This document shows, piece by piece, positions 17,718 to 25,243 of a stretch of DNA of 32,000 nucleotides. Every line of letters begins with the position of its first letter. Positions within the stretch are counted from its first letter, which is position 1. Both the position numbers and the translations under genes were made by a program. Where the stretch lies: contig NC_003902.1 of the NCBI RefSeq assembly GCF_000007145.1, positions 2,726,497 to 2,758,496 on the forward strand, written 5' to 3'. The notes beneath the pieces were generated by a model. It did not search any database. It worked only from the letters and a program-made list of their open reading frames with translations, and had not been told where the DNA came from. This DNA is from Xanthomonas campestris pv. campestris str. ATCC 33913. GTDB lineage: Bacteria > Pseudomonadota > Gammaproteobacteria > Xanthomonadales > Xanthomonadaceae.

Positions 17718-18165
17718 TCGCCCTAAAGCGAGCCGAGCACCGCAGTCACGCGTGGCCGAAAAGGCGCCCTTGTCTGAGCGTAGCCAGTTTGGGCGCCGTG
17801 CCGCGCGTGGCGAGGAGCACAGGGCACCGGTGCGGCTTCATCGCACCGGATCGCGTCGGGCGAGCGCGGTTTTGGTGACTTTTGCCAAGACAAAAGTTAC
17901 CCGCGCCACAGGCGCGGAAGCTCTGGCTTGGCTTGGCTTGAGCTTTCGCTCCTCGCTCACCTCGCCCTAAAGCGAGCCGAGCACCGCAGTCACGCGTGGC
18001 CGAAAAGGCGCCCTTGTCTGAGCGTAGCCAGTTTGGGCGCCGTGCCGCGCGTGGCGAGGAGCACAGGGCACCGGTGCGGCTTCATCGCACCGGATCGCGT
18101 CGGGCGAGCGCGGTTTTGGTGACTTTTGCCAAGACAAAAGTTACCCGCGCCACAGGCGCGGAAGC
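17718..18165 (+). repeat. two identical 204-bp direct repeats (17718-17921 and 17962-18165, period 244 bp) separated by a CTTGG-rich spacer
   Basis: Base-by-base comparison found no mismatch. The overlapping track ORFs give identical peptides in both copies. Each copy holds several strong hairpins: CCGGTGCG-N7-CGCACCGG, GGTGACTTTTG-N6-CAAAAGTTACC and CGCGCC-ACA-GGCGCG. Confidence 0.9.
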
Positions 18166-18216
18166 CTTTGCTTTTGCTTTTGCCTGAAGCCTCCGCCCCA
18201 AGAAGAGCGGCAACCC

Positions 18217-18238
18217 GGGATTCGGGATTGGGGATTCG
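18217..18238 (+). repeat. G-rich tandem heptamer array (GGGATTC GGGATTG GGGATTC G)
   Basis: Read directly from the sequence. CGGGATTCGGGATT (18216-18229) is the perfect reverse complement of 18371-18384. Confidence 0.8.
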
Positions 18239-18370
18239 CTAGAGGCCAAAGCGACGTTGCCTACAAATCAGCGGATGAATCATCCACACCACCAGCACTG
18301 CAAGAGCAACGCACCCTCATTTGTTCTCCGCGCACCTCTTCCAACGGCAAAGGAAAACGCTGCTCTTGCA

Positions 18371-18402
18371 AATCCCGAATCCCGACTCCCAACTCCCCAC
18401 CC
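18371..18402 (-). repeat. inverted G-rich heptamer array; the minus strand reads GGGTGGGGAGTTGGGAGTCGGGATTCGGGATT directly after the aldehyde dehydrogenase stop codon
   Basis: Read directly from the sequence. It pairs with both upstream heptamer arrays and has five G3+ tracts with 1-4 nt loops on the dehydrogenase sense strand. Confidence 0.8.
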
Positions 18403-19767
18403 TCAAGCCACATAAATCGTTTTGATATTCATGAACTCATGGATCCCGTGCTCGGCCAATTCCCGCCCGAATCCCGAGCGCTTGATCCCACCGAACGGCA
18501 ACCGTACATCGCTCTTCACCACCGAATTCACGAACGCCGCACCGCACTGCAACTGCTGCGCAACGCGCTCACCTCGCTTGGCATCGGCGGTCCACACGCT
18601 GCCGCCCAAACCGAAGGTGGTGTCATTGGCCACGCGCACCGCTTCGGCCTCATCGGCAACGCGAATCACCGCCGCGACCGGCCCGAACAATTCCTGCTCG
18701 TAGGCCGGCATGCCTGGGCCGACCTGGTCGAGAATGGTGGCCGGGTAACCCGCATGCGACCCCGCCACCGGCTCGCCGCCAAGCAACACCTTGGCACCCT
18801 TGGACACGCTTTCCTGCACCTGCTTGTGCAATTCATCGCGCAGGTCCGCACGCGCCATCGGCGCAAGTGTGGTCGCGTCCTGCTGCGGGTCGCCGAGCAC
18901 ACGCTGCGCGGCGGCGGCAACGAAGCGCTCCACGAACTGGTCGGCAATGGCATCCACCACGATAAAGCGCTTGGCGGCAATGCAGGTCTGCCCGCTGTTG
19001 TCGAAGCGCGACTGCACTGCCGACTGCACGGTGCGCTCCAGATCCGCATCGTCGAGCACCACGAAGGCATCGCTGCCGCCCAGTTCCATCACGCACTTTT
19101 TCAGTTGATCGCCTGCATTAGCGGCCAGCGAGCGGCCGGCACGTTCGCTGCCGGTGAGCGTGACTGCCGCAATGCGGTCATCGCGCAACACCTCGGCGGC
19201 CTGATCGTTGTCGATATGCAGCACGTCGAACACACCCGGCGGAATGCCGGCGGCGTCTAGCACCTCCTTCATCGCATCGGCGCAACGCGGCACGTTGCTG
19301 GCGTGTTTGAGCAGCGCGACATTGCCGGCCATCAGGCCCGGCGCGAGAAAGCGAAACGCCTGCCACAGCGGGAAATTCCACGGCATCACCGCAAACACGC
19401 AGCCCAGCGGTTCATAGCGCACATAGCTGGACTGCGCCTCGGTTGGAATGGCGCGTGGCGCCAGGTACTCGGCCGCATGCTCGGCGTAATAGGCGCAGCC
19501 CTGTGCGCATTTATCGATCTCGGCCAGAGCTTCGCGACGCAGCTTGCCCATCTCCGCCGTCATGATGCGCTGCAGGTCCTCGCGCCGCTTGGTCAGCTCC
19601 TCGCCCACCCGCCGCAACAAGGCGCCGCGCTCGGCCAGTGGCAGCGCTGCCCACTCCGGAAACGCCTTGGCGGAAGCAGCCAGACGCGCCTCGATGGCGG
19701 CGGCGTCCAGCGTGTGCTGGGTATGTTCGACCTGGCCATTGGCCGGATTGACGGTGTCGTAGGACAT
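18403..19767 (-). CDS. NAD(P)-dependent succinate-semialdehyde dehydrogenase (Sad/YneI-GabD type aldehyde dehydrogenase)
   Basis: 454 aa, collinear with E. coli Sad/YneI: MPWNFPLWQ, LLKHASNVP, the ELGGSD motif (MELGGSD), catalytic Cys in GQTCIAAKRF, and FGGIKRSGFGRELAEHGIHEF. Confidence 0.9.
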   Translation of the reverse strand: MSYDTVNPANGQVEHTQHTLDAAAIEARLAASAKAFPEWAALPLAERGALLRRVGEELTKRREDLQRIMTAEMGKLRREALAEIDKCAQGCAYYAEHAAEYLAPRAIPTEAQSSYVRYEPLGCVFAVMPWNFPLWQAFRFLAPGLMAGNVALLKHASNVPRCADAMKEVLDAAGIPPGVFDVLHIDNDQAAEVLRDDRIAAVTLTGSERAGRSLAANAGDQLKKCVMELGGSDAFVVLDDADLERTVQSAVQSRFDNSGQTCIAAKRFIVVDAIADQFVERFVAAAAQRVLGDPQQDATTLAPMARADLRDELHKQVQESVSKGAKVLLGGEPVAGSHAGYPATILDQVGPGMPAYEQELFGPVAAVIRVADEAEAVRVANDTTFGLGGSVWTADAKRGERVAQQLQCGAAFVNSVVKSDVRLPFGGIKRSGFGRELAEHGIHEFMNIKTIYVA

Positions 19768-20030
19768 GATGGTCTCCTGCTACAAGCCCGCCATGCTAGT
19801 CGCCGGGAAGTTGTAGCCGCGTCACAACCGCTGCAAATCGCTGCAACGCTGTGTTTACCGCACCGCGCAGTGACGCACCTCCACCGCACAGCTGGCGGCT
19901 CAATGGCAGATGGGATGATGCTCCCAGACAAGGTAACGAAAGCAGCCCTACCCTGCTCAACGCTGCAACCGCGCAAGATGCTCTAGCATTCTGCAATGGC
20001 AGATTGATCCATCCATGGAAGACCACCACG

Positions 20031-20441
20031 ATGCGCCGGAATCTCATTGTTCTGGTTGTACTTGGCGCCAGTGCGTGCCTGCCTGGATGTGCAGTCCTCC
20101 AGGACCTTCTGCGTGACCCGCGGCCCGGCCCGGCCGGGTTTGTCACTGTGAGCTGCACCAGCCTACAGCCCGACCCCGCGCAACCCTGCGAGCAAGAAGC
20201 GCTGCAAGCGTGCTCGGACACTGCCATCCGGCAACTCATCACCGCGCGGTCGCCGCCGAACATGGTCCCGATCTTTCCCGATAAGCGAAAGTCCAAGAAC
20301 GACGGCAAGGACAACCGCAAGGACCGCAACGACGAACAATCCAGCGTGGAGCAACGCGGCTACGACATCAGGGCCGAGTATCAGTGCTACCTGACCAAGC
20401 CACAGCCCTGGGACAGCGGATACACGCCTTCGGCCAGGTAA
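20031..20441 (+). CDS. hypothetical small exported protein, possible lipoprotein
   Basis: ORF 19851..20441 trimmed to ATG 20031. MRRNLIVLVVLGASACLPGCAV has a signal peptide with a lipobox-like LPGC. The mature part has four further Cys and a highly charged DKRKSKNDGKDNRKDRNDEQ segment. No recognised domain. Confidence 0.55.
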   Translation: MRRNLIVLVVLGASACLPGCAVLQDLLRDPRPGPAGFVTVSCTSLQPDPAQPCEQEALQACSDTAIRQLITARSPPNMVPIFPDKRKSKNDGKDNRKDRNDEQSSVEQRGYDIRAEYQCYLTKPQPWDSGYTPSAR

Positions 20442-20597
20442 GCACCGCCGATCGACTTGTTGCGCTTATCGGCCGGACTGCGCACTACGGGGTCGGAATC
20501 GACTTGCAGCATTCGCACACACCGGTGGCTCTAGCGTTTGCATCTATCTGGCGGCAAGGTCGCTGCGATCATTGGCCACCTCAGCGCCGGCGCGCCC

Positions 20598-21446
20598 TCA
20601 GGGAGCAGACTGCAGCGCAAGTTGCGCATCACGCAGGCGGCGTTTTTCACTGCGCGCCAGCAACCACCACCCGATCACCGCCGCCACCGACACCGCCAGC
20701 ACCATCACCGTGGCCAGCGCATTGATCTTGGGGCTGATGCCCTGGCGTACCGACGAAAACACCTTGATCGGCAGCGTGGTGGAGCTTGGGCCCGCCAGGA
20801 AACTGGCAATGACCACATCGTCCAGCGAGAGCGTGAATGCCAACAGCCAGCCCGACGCAAGTGCTGGCGCGATGATCGGCAAGGTGATCAGGAAGAACAC
20901 CTTCAGTGGCGTGGCGCCCAGATCCATGGCGGCTTCTTCCAGCGAGCGGTCCAGCTCCTGCAGCCGCGAGGAAATCACCACGGTCACGAATGAGACGGTG
21001 AAGGTGACATGCGCCACCCAGATGGCGACCGCGCCGCGCGGCGCGATGCCGAGCACGCCGCCCATCGAGACCAGCAGCAACAGGATCGACAGACCAATGA
21101 TCACCTCCGGCATCACCAGCGGTGCGGTGATCAGCGCACCGAACAGCGTTTTGCCGGGAAACCGCCGCATGCGCACCATCGCCATCGCCGCCATGGTGCC
21201 GAGCACGGTGGACGCGCATGCGGTCCAGAACGCCACTTCCAGGCTCACCCAGGCCGCGTCCAGCAATTGGCGGTCACGCAGCAACTCGCCATACCAGCGG
21301 GTGGAAAATCCGCCCCACACCGTGGCCAGGCGCGAGGCGTTGAACGAATACACCATCAGCAACAGGATCGGCAGATACAAAAAACCGAACCCCAGCGCGA
21401 GCACGCTGCCGCCCAGCACACGCCCACCGCGCGCGGCGCGCATCAT
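20598..21446 (-). CDS. potI: putrescine ABC transporter permease PotI
   Basis: 282 aa, 6-TM BPD-type permease with an EAA-like loop (LEEAAMDLGATPLKVFFLITLP). ATGA overlap with potH. Confidence 0.9.
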   Translation of the reverse strand: MMRAARGGRVLGGSVLALGFGFLYLPILLLMVYSFNASRLATVWGGFSTRWYGELLRDRQLLDAAWVSLEVAFWTACASTVLGTMAAMAMVRMRRFPGKTLFGALITAPLVMPEVIIGLSILLLLVSMGGVLGIAPRGAVAIWVAHVTFTVSFVTVVISSRLQELDRSLEEAAMDLGATPLKVFFLITLPIIAPALASGWLLAFTLSLDDVVIASFLAGPSSTTLPIKVFSSVRQGISPKINALATVMVLAVSVAAVIGWWLLARSEKRRLRDAQLALQSAP

Positions 21447-22354
21447 GTCAGCCGCCCTTCCAGTTCGCGCTGCTGGTAACGGTGGAAGATCACGATCGGC
21501 ACCAGCAGCAGCACCAGCATCACCGTGGCTACCGCGGCGGCCACCGGCCAGTCGCGGTTATTGAAGAACTCGCCCCAGAGCACGCGGCCGATCATCAGCG
21601 TACCGGGACCGCCCAGCATCTCGGGAATCACGAACTCGCCCACCGCCGGAATCATCACCAGCATGCAGCCGGCGACGATGCCGTTGCGCGACAGCGGCAA
21701 GGTGATGCGCACGAATGCCTGCCACGGCCGCGCCCCCAGGTCGTAAGCCACCTCCAGCAGCCGCGAATCGTGCTTGACCAGGTTGGCGTACAGCGGCAGC
21801 ACCATGAAGGGCAGATAGCAATAGACGAAGCCGATGTAGGCGGCGATCGGCGTGTACAGCAACTGCAGCGGCTGCTCGATCACACCCAGCGCCAGCAGAG
21901 CCTGATTGAGCAGGCCGTTGCCATCGAGAATGCCGATCCATGCGTATACACGGATCAGGAACGAGGTCCAAGACGGCAACACCACCAGCATCATCGCCAC
22001 GTTGCGGGTGGCCAGAGGCAGGCGCGCGATCACGTATGCCATCGGGTAGCCGATCAATAGCGCCAGTGCGGTGGAAATCGCAGCGATCTTGATCGAACTC
22101 AGGTAAGCGGCCACGTACTGGCTGTCGCGCAGCAGGGCCAGGTAGTTGCCCAGATGCAGTTTGAGGCTCACCGCGCCATCGGCCGCATACGCAAACAGCG
22201 GCGTGTACGGCGGCATCGCGGTTGCGCGTTCGGCAAACGAAATCTTCAGCACGATCAGGAACGGGATCGCGAAGAACACCAGCAACCACAGATACGGTGC
22301 GGCGATCACGCCCCAACGCGCACCCGGCAGGCCGCGACTAAGAGTGGTTAGCAA
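21443..22354 (-). CDS. potH: putrescine ABC transporter permease PotH
   Basis: 303 aa, collinear with E. coli PotH (VIAAPYLWLLVFFAIPFLIVLKISF; SWTSFLIRVYAWIGIL; EVAYDLGARPWQAF; GEFVIPEMLGGP; NNRDWPVAAAVA). The start is uncertain: TTG 22354 has no Shine-Dalgarno and lies inside an inverted-repeat arm. Confidence 0.88.
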   Translation of the reverse strand: MLTTLSRGLPGARWGVIAAPYLWLLVFFAIPFLIVLKISFAERATAMPPYTPLFAYAADGAVSLKLHLGNYLALLRDSQYVAAYLSSIKIAAISTALALLIGYPMAYVIARLPLATRNVAMMLVVLPSWTSFLIRVYAWIGILDGNGLLNQALLALGVIEQPLQLLYTPIAAYIGFVYCYLPFMVLPLYANLVKHDSRLLEVAYDLGARPWQAFVRITLPLSRNGIVAGCMLVMIPAVGEFVIPEMLGGPGTLMIGRVLWGEFFNNRDWPVAAAVATVMLVLLLVPIVIFHRYQQRELEGRLT

Positions 22355-22485
22355 AACGTAGCGAGCAGTCGCCAGGGGGGGCGCGGACGGCGCGGAGGAA
22401 CCGCAGTGTACGTGTGGTACATGAGGATTCCGAGCGCCGGCCGCGCCCCCCTGGTGGCTGCGCAGTAGTTTTGCTGGCCACTCTT
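22340..22485. repeat. ~146-bp imperfect palindromic element in the potG-potH junction
   Basis: Left arm 22340-22386 and right arm 22441-22485. Perfectly complementary blocks are AAGAGTGG/CCACTCTT, AGCAAAAC/GTTTTGCT and CCAGGGGGG.CGCGG/CCGCGCCCCCCTGG. The centre also folds (TGTAC-GTGTG-GTACA). Confidence 0.75.
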
Positions 22486-22498
22486 GGCAGGCGCGGCC

Positions 22499-23629
22499 TC
22501 ATGCGGTGAGGACCACGCCGTCGTCCTCGCCCCACCCCACCCACACTGCATCGCCCCAGGTCAGCGCTTCGCTGGCCCAGCGTTGCCGATTGGCGAAATG
22601 CGCCATCAGCTTGATGCCGCTGGGCAGGCGCACGTGGTAGACCGAGTGGCTGCCGAAATAGGCAATGTCTTCGATCACGCCCTGCGCCTTGTTGCAGGCC
22701 TGCGCCGGCTCCTGCTTGCCGATGCCGAGTTTTTCCGGGCGCACTGCAAATGCCACAGCCTGCCCTTCGAACCCGGTGATGCCGTGGCCGATGCGAATTG
22801 GCGCGGCGAACGCCGCGGTGGTGAGGCTGACCGAATCGGGCGCGTCTTCGGCGATGACGGCCTCGATCAGATTGACCGAGCCGATGAATTCGGCCGCGAA
22901 ACGGTTGGCCGGCTGCTCGTAGATTTCATCCGGCGTGCCCACCTGCTGGATCCAGCCGTGGTCCATCAGTGCGATGCGCGTCGCCATGGTCATGGCTTCT
23001 TCTTGGTCGTGGGTGACCATCACGCAGGTGACGCCGGAGGTTTCAATGATGTTGACCAGTTCCAGCTGCATCTGCGAACGCAGCTTCTTGTCCAGCGCGC
23101 CCATCGGCTCGTCCAGCAGCAGCAGCTTGGGCCGCTTGGCCAACGAGCGCGCCAGCGCCACGCGCTGCTGCTGCCCACCGGACAACTCATGCGGCTTGCG
23201 CTTGGCCAGGCGCGCAAGTTGCACCAGCTCGAGCATCTCGCCCACCCGCTGGGCCACCGCCGCCTTGGGCAAGCCTTCCTGCTTGAGCCCGAAGGCGATG
23301 TTCTGCTCCACCGTCATATGCGGGAACAGCGCATACGATTGGAACATCATGTTGATCGGCCGCTCGTACGGCGGTAACGCGTCGATGGGCTGGCCATCGA
23401 GCACGATGCTGCCCTTGGTGGGCCGCTCGAAGCCGGCAAGACAGCGCAGCAAGGTGGATTTGCCGCTGCCCGAGCCGCCCAGCAGCGCGAAGATCTCGCC
23501 CTTGCGGATCTGCAGGCTGACATCGTCCACCGCCACGAAGCCGTCGAACTCCTTGCGGACCTCACGGATCGACAGATACCCCGCATCGGCGGCGGCAGGT
23601 GCGGGCAAGACGGCTTCGGAAAGGGCCAT
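22499..23629 (-). CDS. potG: putrescine ABC transporter ATP-binding protein PotG
   Basis: ORF 22499..23686 trimmed to ATG 23629 (GAGAGGA upstream). Walker A GGSGSGKS, signature LSGGQQQR, Walker B LLLLDEP. Long stretches are identical to E. coli PotG (RPINMMFQSYALFPHMTVEQNIAFGLKQ; VTCVMVTHDQEEAMTMA). Confidence 0.92.
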   Translation of the reverse strand: MALSEAVLPAPAAADAGYLSIREVRKEFDGFVAVDDVSLQIRKGEIFALLGGSGSGKSTLLRCLAGFERPTKGSIVLDGQPIDALPPYERPINMMFQSYALFPHMTVEQNIAFGLKQEGLPKAAVAQRVGEMLELVQLARLAKRKPHELSGGQQQRVALARSLAKRPKLLLLDEPMGALDKKLRSQMQLELVNIIETSGVTCVMVTHDQEEAMTMATRIALMDHGWIQQVGTPDEIYEQPANRFAAEFIGSVNLIEAVIAEDAPDSVSLTTAAFAAPIRIGHGITGFEGQAVAFAVRPEKLGIGKQEPAQACNKAQGVIEDIAYFGSHSVYHVRLPSGIKLMAHFANRQRWASEALTWGDAVWVGWGEDDGVVLTA

Positions 23630-23731
23630 GCATCCTCTCGGTGACAACAACGCGCCGGCGCCACCGTGGCGCCGTACACGCATCATGGCAAAAGCGTGCC
23701 GGCGCTACAGTGCGCGCCGACACGCGTGGCT

Positions 23732-25243
23732 CTAGCGGGCGGCGGCCTGCGGCGGCTCGCTCCAGCCCAGGCCCAGGCTCTTCTGCAGCGCCACGTAATA
23801 CACCAGCAATTGCACCTGCGCCTGCGCGGCGGCGTCCTGCGCGGACAACTGCTGGCGCTGCACATCGAGCAGGTCGATGCTGGAGGTGGCACCGGCATCG
23901 CGGCGCTGCTGCATGAGCCCGGCAGAGCGCGTGGCCGAGGCCTCGGCCTGCCGCGCTACCACCAGTTGCTGGCGTGCCGAGCCAAACCGCGACAGTGCGG
24001 TATTGGCGTCCTGCAGCGCCGCCAGCACCGCACCTTCATAGGCGGCCTCGCGCCCGGCATTGCCGGCACGCGCCTGTTCGACCTGCGCGCGGGTGCGGCC
24101 GAAGTCGAAGATCGACCAGCGCAGCATCGGCACTGCCAGCTTGGTCAGCGCATCGGAATTGAAATCGCTGGGCGAGCCGGCCACCCAGCTCAGGCCGCCA
24201 AGCAGGCTGACCTGCGGGAAGTAGCCATTCAACGCCTCGCCGATCTGCGCACTGGACGCGGCCAGCTCGCGCTCGGCCTTGCGCACGTCCGGGCGCCGAC
24301 GGATCAACGCACCGGCATCGTCCACGCGCACCTGGGTGGGCAGCATCGGCAGCGGTTGCGGCGCGGCGAGCTGCGCATCCAGCGCGCCCGGCTCGCGGCC
24401 GACCATCAACGCCAGCTGGTCCAGCGCTTCCTGTTGCTGCATCTGCAGCGGCAGGCGCTGGGCCTGCTGCTGCTGCACCTGGGTGGCGATCTGCTCGACC
24501 TGCAGGTCCGAGGCGGCACCCTGGCCGCGGCGCTGCTGCACCAGGGCCAGCGACTGACGGATCTTGTCCAGGTTGCTGTCGGCAATCGCCAGGCGCGCCT
24601 GCAACCCGCGGTAGTTGAGATAGACCTGCCCCACTTCGGCAGCCAGCTGCACCTGCGCGTCGGCCAGTTCGGCTTCGGACGCCTGCGCCTGGGCCAGCGC
24701 GCCTTCGGCGGCGCGGCGGCGGCGGCCGAACAGGTCCAGCTCCCAGCTGGCATCGAAGCCGGCGGTGTAGAGCTCGGTCTTTTCCAGGTTCAGCGCCTGG
24801 CTGCCCTGCGCCGGCGGCTGGCCCTGCTGGCCGTTCTGCAGCCCGCCCAGGGTGTCGACGATGGTCTGCGGCGGCTCGGCATAGGCGTACAGCGCACTGG
24901 CGTTGAGCTTGGGCAGCCGCTCGGCACGGCGCTGGTTGGCCAGCGCCCGATTGGCGCGCAGACGCGCCTGCGCTGCGCGCAGGTTGGGGCTGTCGGCCAG
25001 GGCCTGAGTGACGAGCTGGGTCAGCTGCGCATCGCGCAGGTCTTCCCACCAGTGATTCAGTGGTGCGGCGGCGACCACATCGGCCGCACTGGCGCGATGC
25101 AGCGTGGGCGCCTGCACGGCGGTTTCGGCCACCGCGGGCGGCTTGGTGTAGTTGGGGCCGAGCATGCAGCCGCCCAGCAGCAGTGAGGCCAGCGCTGCCG
25201 CCAGCGGCATGCGCGCCAGGCGCAGGGAATCAGTGCATTGCAA
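23732..25243 (-). CDS. efflux outer-membrane lipoprotein, NodT/OprM family
   Basis: About 500 aa with lipobox LLLGGC then MLGPNYTKPP, typical of NodT-family factors, and two Ala/Gln/Leu-rich coiled-coil OEP repeats. The start is TTG 25243 (AAGGGGA 6 nt upstream, 14-nt overlap with emrB) or ATG 25210. Confidence 0.85.
   Translation of the reverse strand: MQCTDSLRLARMPLAAALASLLLGGCMLGPNYTKPPAVAETAVQAPTLHRASAADVVAAAPLNHWWEDLRDAQLTQLVTQALADSPNLRAAQARLRANRALANQRRAERLPKLNASALYAYAEPPQTIVDTLGGLQNGQQGQPPAQGSQALNLEKTELYTAGFDASWELDLFGRRRRAAEGALAQAQASEAELADAQVQLAAEVGQVYLNYRGLQARLAIADSNLDKIRQSLALVQQRRGQGAASDLQVEQIATQVQQQQAQRLPLQMQQQEALDQLALMVGREPGALDAQLAAPQPLPMLPTQVRVDDAGALIRRRPDVRKAERELAASSAQIGEALNGYFPQVSLLGGLSWVAGSPSDFNSDALTKLAVPMLRWSIFDFGRTRAQVEQARAGNAGREAAYEGAVLAALQDANTALSRFGSARQQLVVARQAEASATRSAGLMQQRRDAGATSSIDLLDVQRQQLSAQDAAAQAQVQLLVYYVALQKSLGLGWSEPPQAAAR

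Noticed and set aside
17718-18165. Possible CRISPR array (direct repeats with a spacer)
   Set aside because: There are only two copies. The repeat is 204 bp with a 40-bp low-complexity spacer, the inverse of CRISPR geometry. There is no leader and there are no cas genes.
17606-18187. Four small ORFs (63-93 aa) inside the 204-bp repeats, two pairs giving identical peptides
   Set aside because: The peptides are Arg/Cys/Trp-rich with no start context, and the DNA is densely self-complementary. They are most simply non-coding repeat sequence.
23657-23719. Two GC hairpins between the OMP stop and the potG start, considered as an intrinsic terminator
   Set aside because: The stems are only 6-8 bp and the T-rich runs are separated from them by several nucleotides. 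Such hairpins are common by chance in high-GC DNA. I mention them only as context for the efflux-operon finding.
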